A DNA stretch of 64,000 nucleotides from Octopus vulgaris (GCA_951406725.2 OX597838.1:1364001-1428000); one strand, 5' to 3'. Shown: positions 38,056-54,230, counted from the first letter of the stretch. The notes: generated by a model from the letters alone, not told the origin. Translations and numbers: made by a program.

Positions 38056-38592
38056 TGTCTATTTGTGTGGGTATGTATGTGTGTATATTTCTGTGTGTGT
38101 AGTGAAACCACCCACTAACAGACTGGTGTCGTCCTCGTACGCGTCATGTAATACAGCTCTGAAATTGTTTAGTGATGCTTGCTGGATCATAAAGAGCTAC
38201 ATGTCCATATATCCCTTACCTAAGCATATGCTGAGACCGCCCTCAATCAAACTCGCAACCTACAGCCTATTGTGCCACAAACGTGGTTACGAGCCATGGT
38301 TCCTTGCTGGTTTTAATATCTTCTCTGCAACCTGATGCTTTTACGCTCTGCTTGACTTTTCGCTCCATCTCCAATCTTAATTTCCTTATGGCTTCATACA
38401 TCTAGCCCCCGTCGAAAGAGCATACCTCCTGTTTCTCTCTAACACTTACGTTCCATAAACATTGGTATTCCTTTTTCTTTTTTGGTCTTTCTTGAGTAGA
38501 TATCTCGAGTAAGAAGTCATTCTTATGTGACACACAACTTTGACGTTTTCCCTTTTATCTCGAGTGCACCCATTCCTAATATTTCATTGCAG

Positions 38593-38885
38593 TAAGGCGA
38601 CGAGCAGGCACGTCCGCCTAAATACTTAGCGGCTTTCCGTCCATCTTTACGTTGTGAGCACATATTCCACCCAGGGCGTCTTTGCCTTTCAACCGTCGGG
38701 GTCGGTAAATTGAGTACCAGTGAAACACTGGGATCAATGTAATCGACTAACCTACCTCCGCCCAAATTTCAGGCCATGTGCCAATAGTAGAAAAGAGTCT
38801 TCTCCCCCTCCTCCTCCTCCTCCTCCTCCTCCTTCTTCTTCTTCTTCTTCTTCTTCTTCTTCTTCTTCTTCTTCTTCTTCTTCTT

Positions 38886-38916
<31 letters not shown>

Positions 38917-39401
38917 AGATGGTTAGCTGGCATAATCGTTAGCATGCCGGACGAAATGCTTAGCGGTATTTCGTCTGCCGTTACTTTCTTTGTTCAAATT
39001 CCGCCGAGGTCGACTTTGCCTTTCATCCTTTCTGAGTCGATAAAATTAGAACAAGTTACGCACTAGGATCGAATTAATTGACTTAATCTCTTCCCGCAAA
39101 TTTGAGGCCTTGTGCTTTCAGTGGAAAGGATATAATTGACTACCCCTCCCTCTATTTCAGGCCTTGTGCCTCTAGTTGAAGGGATTATTATTATTATGAA
39201 GGAAGACGGTGAGCTAGCAGAATCGTTAGGACGCCGAGCAAAATGTTTAGCGGCATTTCACCCGTCTCTACATTCTGAGTTCAAATTCTACCGCAGCCAA
39301 CTTTGCATTTCATAAAACTAGGACCAGTTGCGCACTGGTGTCCATATATTCGACTTATCCCCTTCCCCTAAACTGCTGGTCTTGTGCCAAAATTTGAAAC
39401 C
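38593..39401 (+). mobile_element. Cluster of three SINE B copies (38593-38793, 38915-39195, 39205-39401) around a (TCC)/(TTC)n tract
   Basis: Repeated family B head, core and tail motifs. Confidence 0.85.
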
Positions 39402-39882
39402 CCTGTTTATTACAGATTCCAAGTCTAGCCATTGATAGATAATTGCTGTAGTTGATTGTGCTTTCTGTTCTTGCCGCTTTTCTTTTTCCTGTCTCCCAAA
39501 TTGCAAATGTTTGTGCGACTCGCATTTTGTGTTTACAATATTTTTTGGAGGGGCGTGCTTACAACCAGCGATTAATAGCGTGCACGGTTAATCGTTCCAA
39601 AACACTTTGCTGGCGGAAACAACATAGACATCATAAACAACAAGAGCAACAAGTATTTTTTTTTCCATCGAGGAATCCAACAAGAAATAAATATTCCAAG
39701 TAGAACTCTTTGAAACACGATGGTTCATGACAAACAACAACCACAACAACAACAATAATTCTAATAATTGAAGAAGAGGAAGAGCAGGAGAGGAGGAGGA
39801 AGGAAGGAAGAAGGAGAACAAATTTCAGTGATAATAGAATCTGAGAACATGCATGAATATATATGAATATATATATACATAC

Positions 39883-39936
<54 letters not shown>

Positions 39937-39955
39937 GACATATATACATATATAT

Positions 39956-39995
<40 letters not shown>

Positions 39996-40025
39996 ACATA
40001 CATATATACATATATACAAACATAA

Positions 40026-40074
<49 letters not shown>

Positions 40075-40445
40075 CATACATACATATATACATGCATACA
40101 TACATACATACATATATATATATAACTTTGTAACTTTGTAACTTCAACCGATTAAAAGTTATAAACACACACACATACGCGCGCGCGTGTGTGTGTGTGT
40201 GTAGAAAAAGCAATAGTAACTTGTTGCGACATCTGAAGCAACAGCATCTGCTGAACAGAGTGGAGTCATGTTATTGACCTGTTCACCTTCGAGACTGCAC
40301 TTTTAAGCAATGAACGGTAGGTGGATATAACTGGTTTTGTATATTTCTAAATTGCTAAAATGACTTTTATGTTTTCGTTGCCTTCTTTCAAACTGATAAG
40401 AATATTAACAGAAATGATGATGATAACAACAACAACATCAATAAT

Positions 40446-40639
40446 GGTTTCAAATTTTGCCACAAGAGCAGCACATTTTGGGGAGGGGATGAGTCGATCA
40501 CATCGATCCCAGTATTTGACTGGTACTGATCTTATCGACCCTGAAAGGATGAAAGACAAAGCAGACATCATCGCAATTTGAACTCAGAACATGAAAACGG
40601 GCGAAATGCCGCTAAGCATTTTGCTCGGCGTGCTAACGA
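40446..40639 (-). mobile_element. SINE family B
   Basis: Reverse complement of family B, with the same tail variant as 39205-39401. Confidence 0.85.
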
Positions 40640-40789
40640 TTCTGCCAGCTCATCACCTTAATAATTACAACAACAGCAACAACAATAATAATAACAACAA
40701 CAACGACAACAACAACAACAACAACAATAATAATAATAACATTTGTTCTTCCTCTTTTTTTGTTTATCTTCAAATATTCCTATCTAGCA

Positions 40790-40978
40790 CCGCTTGGCCA
40801 TGAGGCCAATGCGTCCACCCTCCGTTTTGAAAATCATTACATCACATTTTTCGATCCCAAATTCCATGCCAATATCTTTGATAATCATCTGCACAGTTGC
40901 CGTCAAACTCTCAATTTCTATCTCAGTCTTAGCGAATAGCTTTAGGTCATCCATAAATCACAGCTTGTTTACTTTAAC
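40790..40978 (-). mobile_element. R4/Dong-clade LINE RT fragment
   Basis: KVNKL*FMDDLKLFAKTEIEIESLTATVQMIIKDIGMEFGIEKC. Confidence 0.85.
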
Positions 40979-41830
40979 CCTGCAAATCGACGACCTCGTA
41001 AAGGTGTTTTGAGCAGTCCAAAGATCTGATTATTGGACAGTTTGCAAGAAACAGGACAGATCTGCACAATTTGCAAGCTGTTCAGCAACACGAAACAATG
41101 TGGGCGTGCATTTGACAATAGACTTCGGTGTTTGGTGAGAATTGCTGGTTTTAGTTTCTTGGCCAGCATTTCCCTGTAGCCTACACTGGAGACCCTTTGT
41201 TCCAGGAAAGGCCCTTTTGCATTCCCCCAAACGGTTAGCATAACATTGTCTGCGGAAGTTTGAGTCTTGAATTTCTTTGTCGTTGGCGAGTCTGGGTGTT
41301 TCCGTTCCATACTCTGACTTTTGGTTTCTGGCTCAAAGTCATGGAGTCAGGTCTCATCTCCTGTGGCTTTTCCCTCCAAGAAAGGCTTTACCTTAATCTT
41401 TGTAGTAGTCGTGTAAGCCTTGACAGATCTCTGCACGATTGCGTTTGAGCGCTACAGTAAACTCTTATGGCAACCATCTTGCACAGACTTTACAGAAGCG
41501 AAGCTGGTTGTGGATGACTTTGTATGCAGAACCATGATTAGTTTGCAGAGAACATGCCACCTTATCGATGGTCAGTGGTCGGTTTGCGAGAACCATCACT
41601 CGAGCTTGTTGAATATTCACGTCAGTGTGGAGGTTGATGGGGACTATCCCCTTCTTGGTGCTTCACGCTTATCCGGCCATTTTAAAACTTTCGATCCACT
41701 CATACAATTTTACACGGTAGAGCGCTATCCGTGTATTGTACTGAACGCTTGCGATGAACTTCAACCCCTGACGCACCTTCAAAGCAGAGAAATCGGATAA
41801 TTGATCTCTGTTCAACGGAGCAGCCATGTT
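40979..41830 (-). mobile_element. Degenerate mariner transposase
   Basis: TGDET, ERKHPDSPTTKKFK, SADNVMLTVW, NARPH, FGLLK..LRGRRF; homologous to the 16006 and 34360 copies. Confidence 0.85.
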
Positions 41831-41981
41831 AATTATATAACACAAGAAAAAAAAATAACTGTAGCGATCAAGGCCAAACCTCGTTTACGTGACCACAAAA
41901 GTCCCGCCTTTTAGCACAAGAACCCTTATATTGCAGCCTGGCCAATTTTAGTAGAAATGCGGATAATTTAAAAATTTCGCT

Positions 41982-42059
<78 letters not shown>

Positions 42060-42085
42060 TGTGTACGTGTGCCTCTCTCCCTCTC

Positions 42086-42136
<51 letters not shown>

Positions 42137-42437
42137 TACGGTACACATGTAGACACAAATACAAACATACGAGTGATAGATTTAGAAAAATGAATTATAA
42201 TCACGTGACGCCGCTAACTTGCCTCTCGAGTAAATAGAAATAGAAACTGAGTGGAAGCCCTTTGTAAAGAATGTACCTGTAATTCAAAGGTCAGTGCTTG
42301 TTACGCTCAGTGACGCGTTCATTCTGCCTGAGTACTACGATGCGGTACTCTAACCTATGGAATATTTAGTTGCACTAATCTAATAATACTCATGTTATTA
42401 ATATCTCATTTATTTAACCCTCAATTAACATCTCGTC

Positions 42438-42438
42438 T

Positions 42439-42488
<50 letters not shown>

Positions 42489-42635
42489 TAATGTATGTAT
42501 GTATGTATGTATGTATGTATGTATGTATGTATGTATGTATGTATGTATGTATGCGTATATGTATGTATGTGTGTCCGTGTTTGCCTGTCTGTCTGTCTAT
42601 GTATGTATGTATGTATGTATGTATGTATGTATGTA

Positions 42636-42674
<39 letters not shown>

Positions 42675-42755
42675 CAATATATCCGTCTGTCTGTCTAACT
42701 GTCTGTCTGTTCATCTCTCTTACTCTCTCTCTATCTATTTACCCATCAGTATATG

Positions 42756-42835
<80 letters not shown>

Positions 42836-42904
42836 CCTATCTACCTACCTACCTACCTACCTACCTACATACCTGTATGTCTGTCTGTCTGTCCGTCCGT
42901 CCGC

Positions 42905-42979
<75 letters not shown>

Positions 42980-43013
42980 CCTACCTACCTACCTACCTAC
43001 CTGCCTGCCTGCC

Positions 43014-43092
<79 letters not shown>
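42438..43092. repeat. Compound tetranucleotide array (ATCA, TATG, TATC, TACC, TGCC, TGTC)
   Basis: Directly visible. Confidence 0.95.
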
Positions 43093-43093
<1 letters not shown>

Positions 43094-43872
43094 GGTCACA
43101 ATATTTATCCCTCGCCCCACATTACGTGTCCCCTATTCATCAACAAATAATGTTTCCGTTCACCTGTGAAACTTGACACTTCTACACATTGTCTCTTTCA
43201 TAAACGAGACTAATTCTTCTCGTCTCCCTTCCCCCAGCACACGTTGCTGCAAAATGAATAACAAAGACTCAGTATTCGGTAATACAACAGCGTTAATAAT
43301 GATTATAATTATGTAGCGCACTATCGTATATCTCACCTGAATATAGCACACATCACCAACGCCGCCGCCGCCGCCGCCACCACCACCACCACCACTACCA
43401 CTACAAACACGACGACCACTACTACCACCACCACCACAACCACCATCACCACCACAGCCACCACCACTACAAACACTAACACAAAGACAAACACCGTCAC
43501 CACCACCTCCACCGCCTCCATCATCAAACCACCATCACTACTACAACCACCGCCACAACCGTATCTTCCTCTATCTCCTCCTCCTATACCACCACCACTA
43601 CCACAACACACCACCCGACAGCTACTACAACTACTATTATCATACTTCACACTCGACTGACGTAACATTGAGAGCGTATGTGTCTGTGTGTCGGTATGTT
43701 GGAGGCTTTAAGTGTGAGCATGTGTGCGTCTATGTGCGTGTGTGTGTGCATTCGTGTGCGCGTGTTTATTTGCGCGCGTGTGTGTGTAGATACTAATTGT
43801 GTATGTGCGTGTGCATTTTGTGTAAGCTGCCGTATACGAAAATCGGATTGATTCTACATCAACGCACGCACG

Positions 43873-43951
<79 letters not shown>

Positions 43952-44111
43952 CAACGCACACATACTTCTACATCTACACATGCATCAACACATATGCACG
44001 CATCAAAACACCTGTATACATTTCTACACGCATCAACGCATACAGCTACACACTCACACGCGCACACACGGACAAAGGTATACAAGCTTTTACATACATG
44101 TATACGACTAT

Positions 44112-44142
<31 letters not shown>

Positions 44143-45236
44143 TATATCTATATACAATATCAACACGCATGTATACAAGAGTCAACGAGGGAACCTCAAC
44201 ATTGTCGCTCCTTACAAGATATAACAGCTAAACCACCCTCAAATCACTCCCTGCTCTCTTAGAAACACAGCGGCGTTGAGTTCTCTGTATATATGGAAAA
44301 ACAAAACAAAACAAAACAGGATTGTCACGGTTGGAATGTCTTTGAGGTGAGGTCTACTGGATCAAGACTCACCTGGGGCTGAACAATAACATACATATAC
44401 AATATTACATATATATTCATGCACATGTAAATGCGCAACATACATATTCACACGCGCCTAAAACCACTGCCACCTGGATACTATCACCACCACCGCCGCT
44501 GCCACCACCACCACCACCACCACCACCACAACCACCAACAACAACAACACCACCACCCCTTCCAACAACAACTACAACAACAATAATAGCAGCAACAACA
44601 TCTACATTGTCATCACTATGAATTGATCTCCGATCTACTTTGTCACACACACATACATACATTCACACACACATACACACTTATTTTTTTTCACTTGTTG
44701 GGTCTGGAATAATCACGCCTTCACACACATATTCACGCATGTACGCACATACATTCACACTTATGCGCTCACGAACACACACACACACACATACATAAAC
44801 AACCACCGACACACACACACACACACACTTATGCCTTATTATACTGTTTTACATACACACCTACCCTTACACCCACGCATGCACCTCTTCACACATACAC
44901 AGATAAACACATACAAAGACAGAAACACAAACGCACTCAGGCGCGTGCGCACATACACACACATATACGCAGAACACATACATGCACATACTGGCGCCCA
45001 TGTACACACACACATATGTACAAATGCACATAAAAACATATACACGCGCATACGCACAAACACACTCACATTATGGGTATATATATAAATATATATATAT
45101 ATACACACATACACGAAACAGTCGCATTCAAACACACGCGCACGTACACACACACACACACATATATACACACATGTGAAAATGCACATAAACACATATA
45201 CACAAGCATATACTCATAAACACACCCACATTTATG

Positions 45237-45267
<31 letters not shown>

Positions 45268-45713
45268 TACAGAACACAATTACATATTTAAACACATGCA
45301 CACATATATACGCACAGCACACCGGCAGAGAAAACCAGATACAGAAAAAACATACACATACACACGCTTAAAGACAAACGCACATATACACTGACGCATA
45401 CATTCAAAGACAGTGACACTCACACACATACACACACACACGCGCACAGACACTGTCACCTGTACCCCTACCCCTACCGCTATTATTACGAAACTAGTTG
45501 ATCTTAACTATACTCTATCTGTCTATCTCTATCTATCTCTGTCTGTCTCCCTCTGTCTCTGTCTGTCTGTCTCTTTCACACACATACATAGATATGTGCA
45601 CATGTTCAAACATACATGTGCATACATTCATGCATACACAATTACTTTAACATTCCCATATAACCACTTACAAATACACACGCACATTCACCATATATAT
45701 GTGTGTGTGTATG

Positions 45714-45784
<71 letters not shown>

Positions 45785-46210
45785 AAAGCACTTTCCCTTT
45801 TTCACCTACTACCATCACTGCCTCCTCCTCCCCTCTTCTTCATCCTCCTTCTCCTCCCCTTCCGTCACTCATACTCCACTAATAACAGTCACTCACTCAC
45901 TCACACACACACACTCACTCATCCTCTCACTCTATTACATACATACAGTGCAATCTTCTAAGGGATATCTTCAACATGATTTCAACTTTGCTTCGCGTGA
46001 GTAAACATTGGATCTTCTATTACTGTATAGACAAATGCAACGCTCTGTATCCATTTTATATGTCACTAGTATATAGACATATATAGACAGAAATATACAC
46101 ACAACACACACATATACATATATACATACATATACATGTGTGTGTGTGTGTATATATATATGTATGTAATTATGTATATGTATATAGTTATGTATATATG
46201 TATATGCATA

Positions 46211-46270
<60 letters not shown>

Positions 46271-46450
46271 TATATACATATATGTATATATGCATATATA
46301 TATATACATGTATGTATATATGAATATATATATATCCACACAATACATATATGTATGTATATATGCATATATATATATATATACATACGTGTGTATGCAC
46401 ACATATATGTATATATACATATATATGTCTATATATATGTATATATATGT

Positions 46451-46481
<31 letters not shown>

Positions 46482-46490
46482 CATATATGT

Positions 46491-46551
<61 letters not shown>

Positions 46552-47256
46552 TATGTACAACTACACTTCTACACATATCACTTTGTTATTTGAGCACAAC
46601 ACACACACCAACATAAACACACAATAAATGCTATATAACTTCTGTATTTATAAGTATGCAGTTGTTATTTCAATTAGGTTCACTATATATATATATATAT
46701 ATATACACCTGTATGTGATAACATCAACTTCGTTACTATATATTGCTGCGCATTGTTATTATGTATTATAACTATAACATATGAGAACTATCATATGTAT
46801 GTGTGCTTGTGTGTGTGTGTGTGTGTGTGTGTGTTTGTGTGTGTGAGAGAGAGCATGTGTGCTTGCAGAAATACACATATATATGCATACGCGCCTATGT
46901 GTATACACACATGCAACACACATGCAACACACATAACAACACTACTCAACATTACTATATACCATTACTACAACATAACATGTATCATGTATAGAATACT
47001 ATAGATGTTAACTACTATCTAGTATAACTAGTCTGTTAACGTATATTAAAAGTACTTACTGCTACGTTTATTACTTACCAATCCATTAATCCATAATATA
47101 TTTATTTTTAATTAGATTCTGTGTGTCTGTGTGTTTGCCTATATGCATACACACACACTCACACACACACACACATGTATATATATAAATATATATACTC
47201 ATATAGGCATAAATATATACATATATACATACCTATATATAATATATGTATATATA

Positions 47257-47316
<60 letters not shown>

Positions 47317-47322
47317 CATACA

Positions 47323-47362
<40 letters not shown>

Positions 47363-47649
47363 TGTAAATATATATATATACACACATATATATATATCTG
47401 TATGCATGTATGTATCTCGTATATATATATATGTATGTATATGCATATCTTCTTTTTACCCTCTTTTTATTTCCTATGACTAATTTTCTTTGAAAATTAC
47501 ACACGCACGTACATATACACACATACACACGCGCATACACACACACACATATATATATACGTGAAAACTTTTACAGATATACTAACACATATAAGCACGT
47601 TGTGGAATATCATATATGTGCACGCATACGCGCACACACTCACAGATAC

Positions 47650-47696
<47 letters not shown>

Positions 47697-47982
47697 TGTG
47701 TGATTGTCCTCAATGTAAATGTTAAAAGAAGTTTCAAATGTAACAGGTTGCAATGCTGGTGTCTTTCCTGAAAGGTTTATTGAGGCAACGTGAAGCGAAA
47801 TAACAGATAAAAGAAAAAAATCAACAACAAAAAAAGACGAAAAACGAAAAACCCAAACAAACTAAAAAGAAAAAAACAAAAAGAAAAAGCTGCGACTGCA
47901 AATGCTAAGATACTCTTTTAGAAGTACTTACTGTCTTTTACATGGTGTACATGCATAAATATACATGTATATAGTCATGCGC

Positions 47983-48017
<35 letters not shown>

Positions 48018-48055
48018 TATATACCTATATATATATACATATATATATATATACC

Positions 48056-48182
<127 letters not shown>

Positions 48183-48278
48183 GTATATATATACATATTT
48201 ATATACATATATATATATACATATATGTGTAAGTATGTATGTATATACATACATACATATGTATATATATATATATAC

Positions 48279-48329
<51 letters not shown>

Positions 48330-48336
48330 CATACAT

Positions 48337-48552
48337 ACGCGAAGGGGTGCTGGAGTGAGTGCTGAAAAGTTCTTGGCTTTGGGTGAAAGAAAATACAGGA
48401 GGATCAGTTAATGATTTCATTTAATATATTCCCCTGTCACATTCATACGTTTATTGTAGTGGTCCTTCAGTTTTGGTAAGCCCTGTAAAAGAACCCGGAA
48501 GATTGAGCCTCGCGATACTCTTCAAGCAAGGAACTTTTCAACACACTCTCGT

Positions 48553-48553
<1 letters not shown>
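48337..48553. mobile_element. Mariner-type MITE
   Basis: Inverted ends gagtgagtgctgaaaagttcttg / caaggaacttttcaacacactc, in a TA-rich context. Confidence 0.7.
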
Positions 48554-48614
<61 letters not shown>

Positions 48615-48763
48615 ATTATAAAAGGATGGCACATGTATAGCATTCATGAGGGCAACGCAATTTGTAAACCGCGTTTATTCGTTTTATAAATGTACACACA
48701 CGCGCGCAGACACACCTGAATATTATGAATATATATATATGAATATATGTAGAAATACTACTT

Positions 48764-48826
<63 letters not shown>

Positions 48827-48849
48827 ATGATAATAATAATAATAATGAC

Positions 48850-49281
48850 AATCCTTTCTACTATAGGCGCAAGGCCTGAAATTTTGGGGGTGAAGGATTG
48901 CCGATCAATTGGTTCTTATTTTATTGACCCCGAAAGGATGAAAGACAAAGTCGACTCCGGCATGATTTGAACTTACAACCGCTAAGTATTTTGGCCGGTG
49001 GGTAACGGTTCTGCCAGCTCGCCGCTTTTTTGACAATAATAATAATAATAATAATAATAATAATCCTTTCTACTAAAGGCACAAGACCTGAAGTTTTTTG
49101 GTGGGAGGAGACTAGCCGATTACATCAACCCCAGAATTTTACTGGTACTTAATTTATCGAACCCGAAAGGATGAAAGGCAAATTCGACCTCGACGGAATT
49201 TGAACTCGGAACGTAAAGACATACGAAATGCCGCGAAGCATTTCGTTCGGCGCGCTAACGATTCTGCCAGCTCACCGCCTT
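48850..49281 (-). mobile_element. Two tandem SINE B copies (48850-49027, 49063-49281) with (AAT)n tails
   Basis: atcctttctacta.aggc.caag.cctgaa...cccgaaaggatgaaag.caaa.tcgac...ttctgccagctc.ccgc occurs twice. Confidence 0.9.
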
Positions 49282-49294
49282 GATGATGATGATG

Positions 49295-49363
<69 letters not shown>

Positions 49364-49396
49364 GTAATAATAATAATAATAATAATAGTAATAGTA

Positions 49397-49427
<31 letters not shown>

Positions 49428-49462
49428 TAGTAATAATAATAATAATAATAATAGTAATAGTA

Positions 49463-49498
<36 letters not shown>

Positions 49499-49528
49499 GT
49501 AATAATAATAATAATAATAGTAATAGTA

Positions 49529-49573
<45 letters not shown>

Positions 49574-49597
49574 GTAATAATAATAATAATACTAATG

Positions 49598-49654
<57 letters not shown>

Positions 49655-49663
49655 GTAATAGTA

Positions 49664-49705
<42 letters not shown>

Positions 49706-49708
49706 GTA

Positions 49709-49777
<69 letters not shown>
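49295..49777. repeat. ~480-bp (AAT)n array with periodic AGT interruptions
   Basis: Directly visible. Confidence 0.95.
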
Positions 49778-49929
49778 GGGCAGATGCCTTCGTACAGGTG
49801 GCCATTACGATTATCTGGAGCTCAGCATTATTTACGTATGTGATCTGAAATTTCTAGGAATCCTTATGAGTAAATAAGGGAAAGAGGAGTAGAAGAAAGA
49901 AAGCATCTGTATAGAGTATATATGCCAGA

Positions 49930-50095
<166 letters not shown>

Positions 50096-50164
50096 TTGTT
50101 GGATCCGATCTTGGGTCTGATTATAGGTTGTGTGCGATAGACGTTAGAAATGTGTATATGTATA

Positions 50165-50210
<46 letters not shown>

Positions 50211-51677
50211 GGAGAGAGGCAGAGGTAGAGAAAGAGACTGTGGTTATAGTGTCCATGAAATGGAGGCTATAGTGTGTGTATGTGTGTGTGTGCAAGACGT
50301 TGGTATACACACACACACATACACACACAAACGCTTGCGCATGTTCTTACATATGTTCATACGTAGATACATTCATACGTGCACATATACAATTTTTCAT
50401 AGGTAACGTTATGCATATATTTACTCAGACACACACACACATACATACATATATACCTATATACAAATATACAAACTTGCATACATACATACATACATAC
50501 ATACATACATACATACATACATACATACATACATACATACATGCATACATACATACAATCATACATACATACATACATACATACATACATACATACATAC
50601 ATACATACATACATAAATGCACATATACACACATACAGATATACAGGAGTATACATACACATACAAACACATGAATATATACTTATTTGCATGTTCTAAC
50701 AACTGGCATATTAGTATCGCTCTCCAAGTATGTCGTTGCTGTTTAGGGAGACAACAAAATAACTGATGCAGAAAAGAAATAAAGCTTCAGGTAAAACTGC
50801 AAATGCTAAGACATTCTTAATTGCATATGTGGAATAAATATGAAATATATGAGCCATAAACAGGTGTCTAAGAGAAATGAAATGTTGTGGCCAAAGCACT
50901 ACAGAATCCAATCCATCGGGAGGATCGTCCTGAAGATGAAAATATCCGAAGCTGCTGACATAGGGGTCTTGGGTCACAATCAACTCTAATCTGAAAGCAT
51001 ACAGGTGGAATATTCCTGTTAAAATTTCGGTAAAATCTAGGGCATAGCAGACCTAAAAAAATGATCTGGGACAATCAAATTGACCAATAGGTATCAGTGT
51101 TAAAGATAAGTGAAAAATAAAACATTTCTGTTGAATTAACGAGAAATCTGTAAAAACTACAACTAGACTATAAGATTTATACCTGTAATTATCTGGGCTC
51201 TGGGTTGTGTTACTAACTGAGCCCCAAACTTGAGATTCCGGGCTCTACAAGACTAGAAAGAATATGGTTAATTAAGGAATTATTTTTACAACTCATCAAT
51301 AACTGTGAACATATGGAAAACATCCCAGAAGTCTAGCCTGTACTATGGACATAGACACGTTGAGTTATGAAATATGTGTACATATACATACATACATGCA
51401 TACATACATACGTGCATATACATATATATAATTGTTATTATGTTAAACTGTCGTATGTACAAATTTGGCAAAATGCATTTTTAAAAATATTTACTTTTGC
51501 TTGCAATAGCCGGTTCTTTTGGTCAAACTATCTTATCTCCAGCTTCTTCAGATGCCAAGATATGAAAATTGTCTAAGTGTGTACTACAAAGGTTTTGCTA
51601 TGGAATGGTGAAAAACTATTTCTTCGTTTTGTGAAAAAGCAACGTTTTGGACTTACGAAACTTTTGCATTATAGCAA

Positions 51678-51745
<68 letters not shown>

Positions 51746-51748
<3 letters not shown>

Positions 51749-52072
51749 TGGTACTCAGTCGGTTACGACGACGAGGGTTCCAGTTGATCCGATCACCAGA
51801 ACAGCCTGCTTATGAAATTAACGTGCAAGTGGCTCAGCACTCCATAGACACATGTAACCCTTAAAGTAGTTCTCAGGGAGATTAAGCGTGACACAGAATG
51901 TGACAAGGCTGACCCCTTTGAAATACAAGTACTACTCATTTTTTGCCAGCTGAGTGGACAGGAGCAATGTGAAATAAAGTGTCTTGCTCAAGGGCATAAT
52001 GCATCACAGGGGATCGATTTCACGACCTTATGATCGTGAACCGGTTACCTATAACCACTAAGCCACGCGCTT
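51746..52072 (-). mobile_element. SINE family C (tRNA-derived)
   Basis: Minus strand gcgcgtggcttagtggtt..tcgatcccc..ccttgagcaagacactttatttcac..ccactcagctgg. Heads also at 54390-54515 and 55826; fragments at 42245-42365 and 59520-59625. Confidence 0.85.
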
Positions 52073-52084
52073 TGGTATACATAT

Positions 52085-52149
<65 letters not shown>

Positions 52150-52151
<2 letters not shown>

Positions 52152-53095
52152 TGAAAAATACAGATTTAGACACACATGCATACATGCATCCGTCCATTAA
52201 TATACATATGCATGCTTGCATAACAAATATGACCACCTCGTTGATGTCTAAATTCTAATGAAAGAATCTTATATTTAAACTGGAAACCGATTACTTATTG
52301 ATGAAGATATGAAAAATAAAACCAGAATAAAGATATGCCTACATTCACATATATACACGCTATAACTCGATCACGTGTTCACAAGTTCTTGGAATTTTCT
52401 TCACTGAACCAAAATGCTCTTGTCAATTTATTGATGACCAACTTGAATTCGATGAAGATCTAAATAAATCTAAAAAAAGTATGCTTTTATAATACATATA
52501 CATACTTATTTAAATGTATACGTACATACATACATACATACATACATACATACATACATACATACATACATACATACATACATACATACATACATAGATA
52601 CATACATACATACACACATAAGCACATGTGTACATAATATTTATTTACATATATATATATATACACATACATATACATATATGCATTCATACATGCATAC
52701 ATATGTACATATAAGCATAAATGAATATTGGAGGAACGTTTCCATCTAAACTTCTGCTAATTACTATCAAGTATAGAACAGAAAACAAAAACACTGCGTT
52801 GCCATAGAGGTCGGCTGCCTTGCGGGATGTGAACATTTCTTCGAAAGCAGCTAAAAGAAGAAGATTAATGAACGAATACTTCGAAAAGGACAGCTTTCCT
52901 ATCTTGATTATAAAGTCGTCAATAATTATTGATGTACTTGATGTGTTGCTAAATGTTTAAGATTTTCAGGCAAAGCGGAACAGTAAAGACACATAAAGCT
53001 TCTCTAAAGTTCAACATGTAATACTTATCGTTTTTGTTATCCAAACCTAGGTGGCACTTAATTTCTTTGTTAGAAATCAGCCTTTTTCTTGTAAG
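52150..53095 (+). mobile_element. Degenerate 3' part of the R4/Dong-like RLE element, interrupted by (ATAC)n
   Basis: NEYWRNV, KHCVAIEVGC, agcggaacagtaaa and the 3' UTR ctttgttagaaa.cagcc are shared with the 29655-29982 and 32190-32660 copies. Confidence 0.6.
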
Positions 53096-53621
53096 AAGGA
53101 TAAAAAAAAAGACTTATATACGATTCTAGCTTTCTTATTACTGGAGCGACAGGATATGTACCAGACTCTAAGTATGACGTTGTAACTTGGATTCCTAGAG
53201 AAAGGCCACGGCTTCACAATTAATGCACAACAGATGATAACGATATCTGGAGCAATAAAAATCTGGAAGACTTTACTGACATTTAAAGATGGAACGATTG
53301 TGTGAAGGATTACGTAGAAAATGGCTCTCCTTTTTAACATTGCCACTGATCGGGGCATGGATCATATTAAACCCTAAACGGCCAATATACATATAGGCAT
53401 GCATACATATATACGTGCTTACATTCATGTTTGAATGCATGCACACACAGATATGTGTCAAACTTTATTTAGCATGGAACTTGATACGATGGATACAATG
53501 GCTATGTTTCTTATATCCAGAGTTGAGAGACTACTCGGAATTTGTCCCCTACACTGGGCCGGTCACATCTGGAGTTGCGATTAGACTGTCAGCGTTTGAT
53601 ATCATAGTTTCCTCACCCCTT

Positions 53622-54177
53622 AAGGCCGCGAACTGGTTGAATCGTTAGCACGCCGGACAAAATGCTTAGCGGCAGTTCATCCGTCTTTACGTTCCGAGTA
53701 TAAGTTTCCTCGGGATCGACTTCGCCGTTCATCCTTTTTGGGGTCGATGAAATGAGTACCAGTCAAGCACTGGGGTCGATGCAATCGCCTGCCTCCTTCC
53801 CGAAAATTCTGCCCACACACACACACACACAGAGGCGTGGCTGTGTGGTAAGAAACTTGTTTCCCACCGACATAGTTTCGGGTTCAGTCCCACTGTGGGG
53901 CACCTTGGGTATGTGTCTTCTATGATAGCCTTGTGCTGACCAAAGGCCTGTGAGTGCATTTGATAGACGGAAACCGAAAAAGCCCGTCGTAGATATGTAT
54001 GTGTGTGTGTCTTTGTGTCTGGGTTTGTCCTCCTCACCATCACTTGACAACCGATGTTGGTGTTTTAGCGGTTCGACAAAAGAGACCGATAGAATAAGTA
54101 CTAGGCTTACTAAGTCCTGGGTCTATTTCTTCGACTAAAAAACCCTTGAAGGTGGTGGTCCAGCATGGCCGCAGTCA
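53622..54177 (+). mobile_element. SINE B (53622-53810) followed by SINE A (53833-54177)
   Basis: Family motifs as above. Confidence 0.85.
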
Positions 54178-54230
54178 TGTGTATATATATTCTTTTACTC
54201 TTCTATATATATATATATATATATATATTA

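Noticed and set aside
43160-43340. Minus-strand donor (cag|gtgaga) and acceptor (tttcacag) pair
   Set aside because: The flanking 'exons' would be simple repeats; likely chance.
50925-50965. Hammerhead-like CTGAAGA...CGAAG
   Set aside because: No convincing stems I-III, and GAAA is absent.
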